A stretch of 63,363 bases of DNA, the filler included, from Sphacelaria rigidula (lineage: Eukaryota), in assembly GCA_964200075.2 (NCBI GenBank). It is 11 parts of 11 records of this genome, joined end to end, with 100 filler letters (N's around TTAATTAATTAA, not from the genome) between each part and the next. Parts side by side here need not be neighbours in the genome. Positions count along the whole stretch, not along the records: positions 34,619 to 40,287 come from CAXNAA020025410.1; positions 40,388 to 46,056 come from CAXNAA020025411.1; positions 46,157 to 51,825 come from CAXNAA020025412.1; 8 more parts are not named here. One strand, written 5' to 3'. This document shows, piece by piece, positions 38,051 to 49,279 of this stretch; position 1 is the stretch's first letter; every line of letters begins with the position of its first letter. The notes below the pieces were generated by a model that had not been told where the DNA came from, made no database searches, and saw only the letters and a list, made by a program, of their open reading frames with translations. Made by a program: the position numbers and the translations under genes.

Positions 38051-38146
38051 CAAGAGGTGGCTTTTCTGGATGATTCGCTGCGAACGCTGGACATGGAAGA
38101 AATGGACGAGCTGTATCAACATTTTTTGATGGACGACTTCCCGGAG
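38051..38146 (+). CDS. Exon 2 of the same gene (QEVAFLDDSLRTLDMEEMDELYQHFLMDDFPE)
   Basis: ctaat branch-like motif plus tacag acceptor, phase 0-0, GAG|gtgtgg donor; 133-nt intron. Confidence 0.6.
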
Positions 38147-40444
38147 GTGTGGATTGTAGATGACGGGGTATAACACCCCCGTGATGGGCTTTTTTAATGT
38201 GACACTTTAAACCCCTTCCGTTTCTCGAGACGAGTGCGTTGTCTCAGGGGATCAATCCATCTCTCCTCGGTACACGTGCTAATTTTGATGTGGCGGACTG
38301 GGTTGCCAATCCTGCACAGCGTCGGTTCTCGTCGAGCAAACTCAGTCAACTGACTTCTGTCTACTCACTTACACTTGCTTTTGACGGCGGAAGTCAGAAA
38401 CAGGGCTCACCTCCCACAGATAGGGGTAACCCAAAGTGAATTACTTCGAAGTAAAAGATTTTCGCGCGAAGCGCGATCATGGCTGAGCGTTCAAAAATCG
38501 GCACTCGGCAAAAATTGAGGAACCGTCTGAAATAAGGGGAAGAACTATCACATGGGACATGTGCTGTTTCACCATGCTGCAGCACAAACACACTCACACC
38601 CTCTCATGTGCTATAGCTGTCACTGCGCTGTGGTGTGTTCGGACCTTTGCGAAGACGGTTTGGTCTCCGCTGGGATTGCGTCAGTTCCCTTACTGTCACT
38701 GCCTTCGTCTTTACAGAAAATGAGGAAAATCAAGTTTGTCGGCACGCAGTGCTGTCTACATGCTGGTGTGTTTTGGCTGTTTTGTCTCCAGTCAAATGAA
38801 TAAGGCGCTTCCCACGCCCATCATTTCTATGCTGTAGTTGTCGCTGTGCTGTTGTGTATCTAAACACTTTACGACCAACATGGTGTGATGTGCGCTGGAG
38901 AGGGCCTGGACAGTTGTACTGCTGCATGCCGTGTTTCGTTCTGCACATAATTGGGGCGAGATCTAAGTGCTGTATACAAAGTTGAAACGATTACGTGACG
39001 ACTGTGCAGCTGTCTGTTGTCTTCTTTGATACTCAAGTTGTAGTCGCGGGTGCTGTGATCGGAGGAGACACGCAAGGCGGACGCGTGCAGGTTGGGGCGA
39101 ACAAACTGAGCCAGCACGGAGCTGCTGTATCCCAAGCGATTGATGGTGGCAGCTGTCTGACTGGCAGCGACGCAATGTATGGGTCAGTCACAGCTATTTG
39201 ACCACTCAATTCCCATTCGATTCTCTCATCTGATTGGAGAAAGGTCGCGGCATTTTGGTATATTGGGAGGCTCTGACTGGTTGAAAAATCGTGCCAGTCG
39301 AAATTCTTGCCCCCATCTGTGGGCCCTGTGCCAGATACAGTGTCTCCTCAGTGTTATTCCTCTTCAATAATATGAAGGCTTTTGTGTCGGTGACGTGTAC
39401 GTTCTACTAGCTCTAGTCATGTTCCGCAGTTCCAATTATCTTGTGCTCAGAGAGAAGATCTTCGTGGGAAGAGGGGTGGGCATTGTCAGCTTCAACAGCT
39501 GGCTTCACGGGCGATGCTCCACATGGGAGAAGGCCGCATCACGCACGAGATTAGTCACAGCATGTATCGCAAGCGATTTTTGCTGAAAAATGTCTGTATC
39601 CGCTAAAACAGGGCGAAGTTGGTGCAGGGTTCTCTAGATGCCGACCTCACTCTGTGCGCATCGGTCTCAAAACACACATCCACGTACGTAGAATATGCTG
39701 CTTGCTGCTGTGTTCGACACTGCGTATCAACCGCTCTGTAACGCCTTAGGAGGAGGCACTACTTGCTCACTGCACAGTGGCAGCGAGCAGAGTGACAAAG
39801 CACACGGCAGGACGTCACATCCTCAGTCTATCCCTGTGCTGCACTGATTTCGCGCTGTCCTATGCAGTTCGCCACATCATAAACGCAGCCGCTCGTACCT
39901 GCGGCCGACGTGTACGCGGGATATCACCCCTCGCTGCGCGCTATATCGCAACGCCACATTCTGTTGAGCTGTTCCTGCTGCAGCTACAGCGTGCGTTTGC
40001 CCCAGGTGGCGCACGCATGAGTGAAAGGCCGCCCCCGCCGCTGTAATGCTGCCTGTATCTTGGGCGAGGCTGTATGGTAACACAGCCGCTATGGCGCGAG
40101 AGCCGCCTGTAACATTTCACATCGCGGAGATTTTTACACACTGTTGCCTCGAAGTGTAGCGTTGCTGTTACCGACTTCAAGTACGAGCATTACACAAATT
40201 GCAGTCGGCATATATATTCTATACGAGGTGGGCCAGCCCAGAAACGGATTTAACCTGGCAGAGCAGTATCTCATCACCGGAAACGAANNNNNNNNNNNNN
40301 NNNNNNNNNNNNNNNNNNNNNNNNNNNNNNNTTAATTAATTAANNNNNNNNNNNNNNNNNNNNNNNNNNNNNNNNNNNNNNNNNNNNGAGGTCAATGGTC
40401 TCATGACTATGGCATGCATGATCATGAGTACACCCCCCCCAAGG

Positions 40445-41100
40445 TGTCAACTTGATATGGTGCTTCTTACTGTAGAGCTTACGTTGTCAATGTACCAAGC
40501 AAGTTTTCAATTGCTTTTACAATTTCCATCTGCTTGCTATGAACCAAACCAATTTAATTTCTACTACAACAGCAGTGAATGCTGGTTGTTGAACAATTTT
40601 CATACTATGCATGAGTTACAATTGCCTTATGAAGAATACTGTAATGCGTGAGAGGACCGCGTGCTTAGAGGACCGCATCGGACTTTGAACATCCCCATGG
40701 TTAGGGTTAGGGTTAGGGTTAGTGTTGGGGTTATGGTCAGGGGCGTGGTACCTGCAGGGACTTGTCCGATTGGTTTCGGAAATCATCGATCCTGAGGTGT
40801 TTTGAACTACGGCGCAGTCCTCTAAGCACGCGGTCCTCTCACGCATTACAAATACAACCACACGCGGATGTTGTCGTACCGTGAAAACGGCTACTTGTCT
40901 CTCTGCAATATCGGTACTGCAAGAAGATCTCACAGGATTATTAAAGACCAAAACAAGAAAACGGCCACGCAACAGATCTGGCAGCACTTGCAATACCTTG
41001 CACAAAACAAACTCGGTAATGATTCATTAAACCGCTATTTACATATTCCAGCGCAGATTGATGCGCTCGGAGTACTTCTAACTACCGTCAACCGTTGACA
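40445..41100 (-). mobile_element. Putative 3' LTR of the Copia element, interrupted by a MITE
   Basis: Perfect 7-bp terminal inverted repeat TGTCAAC...GTTGACA. A polypurine tract (minus-strand aaaatgaaggggggggg, ~41112-41128) lies 11 nt away. Confidence 0.55.
40640..40850. mobile_element. 211-bp TG...CA MITE with internal (TTAGGG)n
   Basis: 34-bp TIRs, 5-bp TSD AATAC on both sides, internal ggttagggttagggttagggttag. Confidence 0.92.
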
Positions 41101-41129
41101 CAGATGCTGAGCCCCCCCCCTTCATTTTC

Positions 41130-43830
41130 TGTGATGATGACGTGATTGACGTCGAAGATTTTTGACCAAGATTCTTATCGCTGTTCAGGCTCCGAAAGTC
41201 CTTGATTTTGTCGATGGGGTACCGGTGACGCTTCTTGTTAAGGTGTTTCGTTCCGATATCAGCGCGTTGATCCTCCGTGGATACGTAATGGATCTTGATC
41301 TTGCCCTCGTTCACCATTTCGCGGATGTAGAAGAAACATGAGGCTACGTGCTTCGTGCGAGCGCTAAAAGTCCGATTGCCGATTGCATGGAGTGTAGCCG
41401 TGTTGTCGATGTATAGTGGCATGATGTCGAACTCCGCCTCGAATCCCAACTCCGTCATCATATTCGAGTAGAACACCGCCTCCTTTATCGCTAGGGCCGC
41501 AGCCACCCTCTCGGCTTCCATCATCGACATGGCTGTGAGACTCTGCAGATTTTGCCATCATCACAAGGTACGATGACATCGACTTACCGTTGTCGTGGTT
41601 GTTGCCCCAGTTGGAATCCGAAAACCCTGTGAGGGCGAATCCTCCCTTTTCTTGTAGGTGATACCGAAATCCGTCGTGGCGGAGAGGTAGCGAAGAAGAT
41701 GCTTTGCGGTAGCCATGTGTATCTTTGAAGGTTTCGACACGGCCCGAGCGAGCTGGCTGGTGGCATACATGCAGTAGTACCGAATGGCCTGAGTAAGATA
41801 CATTAATGACCCTCCTTAATGGTGTTCGGAATTCTGGTCACCTTCTCCCCCTCCGAACGACATTTCCGTTGGGTATTGGTGATGGCGAGGACATACTCCA
41901 CAAAAATTAGCGCGTCCTCGTGATGTGCAACGTCCGCCACCACCTCCTTGGTGTAGTATGCTAACGAATTGAGTTTGCGCAAAGTTGTCGCGCTAATTCC
42001 GTCGTCGGGCGTGTCGGGATTAGCGAGAGGATTCTGACTGGATCGTGTCGCCGGGCGTCCCTGCGCACTCGATGTTCGGGCGGAAGGGGTGCTCCGAGTC
42101 TTGGAACGAGAGGCACCTGTCGCAGTAGACGAAGAGGCCTCTTCTGAGGCATTTGAAGATGTTGCTAATAATTCTCCACTCGGCATAGCTTCCGCCGGCG
42201 AAGTTTTTCGGGGCGATGTAGACCCTGACATGGCGCGTAAGCGCAGATCATGAGCGGTAATTTCGCGGGTTTTGTCCAAAATGTTCCGAAGTTCGTGGTT
42301 AACCGATCCCGATAGACCGATCCCCGAGATGAGATTGAGCGGTGAATTGAGGTCGAGGCGTGAAGTGTAGTCCCTCACGTCTCTCACAAGTTGATCATGG
42401 TTCTGGTACATGAAATCAGTGTTGTTGAAATCGCTCATCAAATCCGGAGCCCGCAGGGTAGACGGCGTCTCGATGAAAATGACGTCCCTACTCTCCCTCA
42501 CGTTCTTAGCTGGATTGTAGATCTGAAACGACTTGCTGTCCACGCTGTACCCACAGAGCCGTCCTTCCCAAGCCTGGGGATCGAGCTTCTTGGTGTGCGT
42601 TTCAACGTGAACAAATACCCTGCCTCCGATGACCCGAAGGTGTCCAAGGTTTGCTTCCTTGCCGCAAAAGCTTTTTGTACGGCGTGACATTTCCCAGTGC
42701 CGCATGCGGCATCCGGTTCGCTATGTATACCCCGGTTTGCATGAGTTCTCCCCACAGAACATTTGGCGGGCCGGAGTGCATGAGAAGGCAGCGCACCATC
42801 CTGGCGAGAGTCTTCCCGTCACGCTCGTCGGCACCAGTTTGCTGTGGTGTGTTTGTCGAGGCGAACTCGTGTCGAATGCTAGTTTGAAGACACTAGTCCT
42901 TGAACGCATCACCTGTGTACTCTCCGCCTCTATCCGTGCGAAGGCGCTCGACTCGCAACTCACTGGGAACTACGAGCGCTTGCACGAACATTTTGAGAGA
43001 GTCAAGCGAGTAGCTCTTGTCCTTGATGAGAAATAGCTCCTTCCCACTTGGTCACCTGGTCGGTAAACTTGCCGGCGTAGTTGTAGCTCCCCAACGCGGC
43101 AGGAGTGATGTGTCCCATAAGGTCGGTGTAAACTAGTTGAAAGGGACGGGTGACGTTGTACGTAGCTTTCTTGGGGTGAGATTGTTGTGTGCTTTTCCCG
43201 ATGGCACAGACATCGCAAGCTGACACGTCCCCGTCGTAGTTGATGCCGTTGCCGTCCACCTTCTTCCAGACATTCAGACTCCTGCGGTTCACGAGTTCCA
43301 AGCGCCGGTGCCACAGGTTAGCCGACACTGCTCGCATGACCGTTCCCGTTGTCACACCCGTCAGATCCAATGAAAATGAGTACAACACTTCGTCGCCCCC
43401 AAGCCGTTTCAACGGCAGAGTGATGCTTCCCATCTCCAGGCGCGCTTGGACAGAGTCGAAAATGTCGAAAATGGTAACAGCCCCCATGTTTGATGCCGCA
43501 GCTACTGAAAAGAGGTGCCGTCCCAGACCAGGCACGATGATGGCCGAGAGTGAAACCGAGTGCCTCTCACTGTCTCAGTCGGTGACAGTACCAGAAATGG
43601 TGCCCGTCGCAACGCCTTCCACGATGTGTTTACCAGCGGTAACAATCCTGTGAGGCTGCTTCAGCTTCGCTAGGTTTGCCATCCGGCATTGAATTCCGGG
43701 AATGAGGTCGCTGTTCAGGTAGTGTGCAGATGCACCGCTAGCCACCAGCATGATCAGGAATGTGCTGTTGATGCCGTGCATATTGTGCTCCACCGAGCCC
43801 AAAGCCGTTGGCGTAGCCACGTACGACTCC
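41130..43830 (-). mobile_element. Degenerate Ty1/Copia pol (protease, GAG-pre-integrase, integrase, RNase H); RT core deleted
   Basis: Motifs LVASGASAH, LWHRRL..CDVCAIGK, LVYTDLMG, LWGELMQT..YIANRMP, KKLDPQAWEGRLCGY, GSLMYL, YIDNTAT, RTKHV and EDQRADIGTK occur in Copia order, with frameshifts. Confidence 0.92.
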
Positions 43831-43877
43831 TTGTCCGGAACTTCGCCAAACGCTCAAGATAATCCCCGAGTATCTGC

Positions 43878-44299
43878 ATACAACAGAGGATTCTATAAAA
43901 TGAGATTCATCAATGAAATGAGGTTCGAGCTCAAAACAGTACTTTCTCCACGCTTTCAGCGATGGTGCCCGATGACTTTTTTGTCGGTCTAATGCCCCTC
44001 GATCGTGTAGATACTTCTTCAGCGCATTTTATCGACTCTGTGAGCTTACAGCGCTGTCCGAAACCGCCATTTCTACTTACGGTTCAGGGGGGGTGATATC
44101 AGGGAAAACATCAGTTTCGGTCAGCGCTGTAATCTCATAGAGTCGGTAAGATGCGCTGAAAAAGTATCTACGCGATCGAGGGGCATTAGACCGACAAAAA
44201 CGTCACTGGGCACCATCGCTGAAAGCGTGGAGAAAGTACTGTCTTGGGCTCGAACCTCATTGTATTGATGAACCTCATTGTATAGAATCCTCTGTTATA
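43878..44299. mobile_element. Near-palindromic foldback MITE (~190-bp arms); partial relatives at ~5383-5670, ~11370-11440 and ~57555-57594
   Basis: aacagaggattctata...tatagaatcctctgtta. The arms pair over ~190 bp around a ~40-bp loop. Confidence 0.88.
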
Positions 44300-45140
44300 C
44301 ATTGTTCAAGTGTTTTCTCCGGCGTTGGTCCAAGAACAAAGACTGACTTGTCGGGCTCTTCCAGCTTCTTGGATTCCTCCGCCACGTTCGCGAGCGTAGT
44401 CCCGACAGATGAGCAATGCTACGATAGGGGTTGCACTTTTTGTTTCTGGGTCTCGTTCTTGTAGGAGCCCAAATATATGGGGCTTACTGTGCAACCCAAA
44501 TCTCCGGGGACAAGACATGGAGATGCACACAGGGGCCTTTTCGTGAATCGCCATCATTTTCAATCGTTTTCGCGTGAAAATGATGCCGTTTCTCAAAATG
44601 ATGCCGTTTCTCAAAATGATCCGTACAACACCCCGAGAAACGTGTTCGCTCAAAAAGTGCAACCCTACCGTAGCATCACTCCGATCGGCCGAGAACGTAC
44701 CTGTGCTAGGCCATGGTTGTGGAGGCAGTCCCTTATAATTGAGAGGTGCGGTGCATTCTTGCAGATCCGCACGTGCCTACTCCCTGCACTTCCTGATTTC
44801 TGATTCTTATTTCCCCCCTTCAGTTCAGCACAAATGCTTACCCGTGATTTCTTGAATTTCTAAAAGCAAGACTCTGAGATTATTAACCACCAAATTCTTC
44901 ACATCTGTCGCGCTCTGTATTGTCTATTGCAACAGTTGCAACAGTCGACAGTGTACGCACTGTATACTACATGTATGTGTCATAGCTTCACAGATTTGTT
45001 GAAATTATTCCATGCACGAAGGACATTCTCTGAGGGGTGTGGTGTCACAGTGAAGCCGAAGAACAGGCAGGCAACGAATCATCTTTCAAGAGCAGCGTCG
45101 TACGGTGGTGCCCTAGGGGAAAATGCAGTGCAGTACACTC

Positions 45141-45519
45141 CACACGCTGCCATTCGGTTACCCCCAAAACAATCATTTATCGCGATTTCCATCCTCTTGA
45201 GGGTAAAATACCCTCGAGAAAGGTATTTCACCCCCACGTGCGGTCGTGAACGAATCCTCTGGAGGGCATCTGATGCTCCAGTGACTTCTGATGTCTGAAT
45301 CCCCCGAGAGTAACAAAACGATGCTGCTCTGGAGGGTCGAGACTACTCCAAATTCCTCCAGAGGATGTGCAGCCCTCCTGAGACAAAACAAACCTCTGGA
45401 GGCGTTTGATCCCACCCCTCGGGAGGGCTGCGCACCCTTGGAGGCGTTAGATTCCTCTGAAGGCTTGGAAAGTCGACCGGAACATGGAAATGTTGGAGGT
45501 AGCCGAATGGCCGCGTGTG
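45141..45519. mobile_element. CACAC-terminated MITE (379 bp), same family as 19229-19742 but without the tRNA-like insert
   Basis: TIRs cacacgctgccattcggttaccccc / ggaggtagccgaatggccgcgtgtg; flanked by TC on both sides. Confidence 0.85.
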
Positions 45520-47867
45520 TCCATAACCACAGTACACGGTGACTCCGCGTGTTGATCCACGATGATACAGTCGGTATTGTGAAAACAGTGCACAGCGTGC
45601 GACAAGAGTTCAGGAGTGTAGTGCCCTTCATCGCCCTTCAAGTACATCAACAGCAGAGTGCAGGACAGTACAGTAGTACCGTTTGTTATGATGTTACGTA
45701 CAGTAGCGTAGTGCAGGGTATATAACACTATTACAATCGCTGCGGGGTGCGACGTCAACACTTTTTGCCACCTGTTAAGCCCCGTGCGAAGCTGCTCCAC
45801 AGGCTGGCGCCGGCAGGCACGCCCTGTCGTGTCACGAGACCGTCTGCTGCTGGGATTGCGAAAATATCAAACGCCAGTTAATAGTGGATGCTGGAAAATG
45901 GGGCCCATCTCAAACGTGAGGCTGAAGTGGCATTTCTTCTTCGCAGGAATCACGCGAAACACTCACGACCGAGCGAAGCCATCTTTCCCCCCAAATGTCC
46001 GCAGCAGTTGAGCAGCTGTGGCTAGGTGCACCTAACGAATGCGGTGTACACGCGTGNNNNNNNNNNNNNNNNNNNNNNNNNNNNNNNNNNNNNNNNNNNN
46101 TTAATTAATTAANNNNNNNNNNNNNNNNNNNNNNNNNNNNNNNNNNNNNNNNNNNNTATAGCTCACATTCTGCCACTATGTGACTCTTGCTCTCTATTGC
46201 TTTGCCACAGGGGCAATTCTGTGACCCGGGGGGGGGGGGGGGGGGGGAATTACAGCGACGGAAGCGAAGAGGCAGAGAATCGACGCAACCTCGATCACGG
46301 GATTCACAGGAGGGAGTGGGGCGTAAATATCGAAGCTGAGTTTACTAGTCGACAACAAGCAAATATTTACTTGGCACGTTTCGAAAATAGAAGTTTCACC
46401 AATGGACCCACAAGAAAGGAGGGGGAGGAAGAAGGACTCTGCCGAGCTGACAGCAAACCTGTAACCCTCCTCACACGGGAAGGGTCAGGTTAGATGAGAG
46501 AAATGGGACCAACGAGGCATGAAGGAGAGGTTTGTCAAGTCACGGCACTAACCTCTCACCCCCCCCCCCTTCCCCCGCCGCCCCTTGAAGCACAACTTGA
46601 AATATTCCTTCAGCAAATATATATTCGTGTTCACGCTGGAGACGCGCACCCCCTCTACGCTTCAACCCCTCTTCAGCTCGCGGTTTGGTCGACTACGAGA
46701 GGCCTTCCACCTTAGGAAATGCCGCGACTGGGTTTGTTTAGACGATGCATTGATCTTTCCACTGTAAAATCACTTGCCAAACATACAATCTGCGGTATTA
46801 GCATCACGTGTCTTGCCCTGTACTAGTATTGTGCAGGGTCCCATACTAGTGCTGTGAGTCGCCAGCCCGGCAAGCTCGCACTACAGTGGGACCTAACCAG
46901 CATATACAAATGAAGGTTAACGCAGCGAGTTATCATCAGGTCTCTTCGGTGGACTTCATGTAAACTAAGGGTGACAGTGCATAGCGTAGGCGAGAACCTG
47001 TGAAAGGTATGGATATTACCAGTTCTCGAAAAATACATGATGGGATTCATATTTTACTTTGCTGAGGGAATACCCCTTCACGACACCGGCCCACACGCTG
47101 GAGTACGTAGTCGTTTATATATGTATATATATATATAGGTTCACCTGTCATATGTAACAGTGTGCACGACGTCCGCATGAAAACCTTCTGGGACGCGAAA
47201 ACGCATCACAAGGCTGTTGTGTTTAAAACAAATGGTGTTTACGGGAAAGGGGTGCTACACCACGTACCCTTATACCGTAGACATCAGCACGTGCAAACTA
47301 TAAACGTGCAGTGAGGGTCCAAGCATATGTGCGGTGGGTCGTTTATCCGACACGACTGCACTATACTGGGATCTCGTCCTCTACCGGTACAGTGCGATCA
47401 CTTGATGATAGTAGAGCCGATCGGACGCTTGACAAGTGTGTTTGTCCGCGCTACACTGGGACCCCTACCGTACCCGACAACTCATCAAGAGTGCACTTAC
47501 TTGGCATTATAATAGTGTGAATCAGACGTGAAACAAGTCATTCCGACCACACTTTTGTGGGAACCGTAACGTTGGTATACCCTACAGGGCCCATGACAGG
47601 TGATTATGGCCGCACTGTGGCAGGATCCTTGCTGTAGCCAAAAATTGATCACTATTGCAATAGCTTGATATGAGTGTAGCGGATCGAACTTGCGACACAT
47701 CATTTCGACCACACGATTGAGGGACCCTACTACTTCAGAGGACTACATCACGGTGGGAATCAACCCCTTTGTAACCAAGCACTTATCGCCCCTACATTCA
47801 CGGGGGTGGCATACCACGGATAGGTGTTATGTCACGTTGCGTATAGTACTGCCCACTGCATACATAC

Positions 47868-48007
47868 CCCCGTTCTTTGATCGATGGAACATTGGTCGGA
47901 TGTCTTCGGGTGCGTCTGGGATGTCCTCGTCCACGTTCGGCAACGCTTCGAACTCCGCTATTTGATCCTGGGAGTACACCGTGCACGCCACCAGCACTGG
48001 AATTAAC
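47868..48007 (-). CDS. TNPO1: Transportin (karyopherin beta-2) exon: RLIPVLVACTVYSQDQIAEFEALPNVDEDIPDAPEDIRPMFHRSKNG
   Basis: Resembles the transportin segment LIPVLVNGMKYS...IPDSEQDIRPRFHRS leading into the H8 acidic loop. ctag acceptor, G|gtatgt donor. Confidence 0.9.
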
Positions 48008-48577
48008 CTAGAGGGCCGTTTTTTTCCCCGTGGGGGGGGGGGGGGGGGGGTGAAATGGTGGAGCAAAATAAGAGGCAGGACAATCAATTAGAAAAGCGGG
48101 CGAACGAGACGACCGTGGGTTGACCGCGTTACGGAAAACCGCCGCCACACTCAACACTTTTGGTGTGTGGGAAGCGCACGCATCAAACCGCAGTCCAATC
48201 CTCTGCTTCGTTGCCGAGAAAGTTGCGTTGAAGGATAAGCACAGAAACATACTGCAACAATAGGGGCACAACAACAACACGAGCAGCAGCTTCTATTCTC
48301 CTGTTGTAAGCTTGTGTACAGGTGTACAGCAACGTCAGTCACAGGTTTGTTGTAGAATGTATGAGCGCCGTAGCATGTCGTACGTGTTGTATGAGGCCGT
48401 CGTCAGTTGGGGTGACGCGTGTACGTGTGATGGATACTGATTGGCTCATTGAGGTTTCATTTCTTCTGCATTTACCTGACTGTGTAGTTGGTCGGTCAAT
48501 TTCACCGGTATATAGTGCCCGAAATCTGGCCCCATTCACGGGCATAAGTGTAAGGGGGACAAGAAACCGGTACTTGC

Positions 48578-48660
48578 CTTGGAAGAAGGCTTGCCAATAC
48601 CGCCAGTCCTTCCCCTCGATCGCAGTAGGCCATCCAGAAATCACCTGCTTCCGTGGACAC
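48578..48660 (-). CDS. TNPO1: Transportin exon: VSTEAGDFWMAYCDRGEGLAVLASLLPR
   Basis: Corresponds to VALEACEFW...LPKL. ctgac branch plus gtag acceptor; non-canonical AG|gcaagt donor; phases join both neighbouring exons. Confidence 0.85.
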
Positions 48661-49207
48661 CTACCCCGTCAGGAACACAGAAAATCGGCATGGAACAAGA
48701 AACGAAAAAAACGAAACGCCATGAACGTCGGGACCTGCCGCTCACCCGGTGACGCAGAGATCTCTTTAATCGAGGAGCATACGAAATATAATTAGGATGT
48801 GGCGTACAAGTCAGGAAGGCCTGAATTGGACACATGATGTGACACAACTCGAACATTACATATCAAGGGGTGGGGGGGGATAAAGACAAACTGTGACCGG
48901 TGGGAGGAACACAGACGACCCCTCCTCCCCCCCTTAGTTCCAAAACAAACTGATATATATGTGAAATCATGATCGCTGTCGGTTGCAGGGATAAATCGTG
49001 TGTCAAGAGTAAAGTTGAGGACGTACAAGAGCCCCCAGCTTTGCTTCGTGCGACAAATATCGTGACACGCGACAGTACTTCTACACAGTTCTATACCCAC
49101 CAGGTCAAAAACATGTCAGGAAATAAGGAACGGGCAAAAAGTAAATATCGTGTCCAACAAACAGCACACAAGGAGAAGAATAAACCTCCACGTGAAAAAA
49201 AAAGGAG

Positions 49208-49279
49208 TGGAGGTATGGGGATTTGAACCCCAGACATTTCGCATGCGAAGCGAACACTCTACCCCTGAACTATACCCCC
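49208..49279 (-). tRNA. tRNA-Ala: tRNA-Ala (anticodon CGC), inside a transportin intron
   Basis: GGGGGTA-TA-GTTC-AGGGGTA-GAGT-G-TTCGC-TTCGCAT-GCGAA-ATGTC-TGGGG-TTCAAAT-CCCCA-TACCTCC-A: full cloverleaf, G3:U70 Ala identity pair, A73, and a T9 Pol III terminator 4 nt downstream. Confidence 0.93.

Noticed and set aside
40700..40740. True telomere or chromosome-fusion site
   Set aside because: The TTAGGG repeats are internal to a TIR-bounded element with a TSD that recurs elsewhere.
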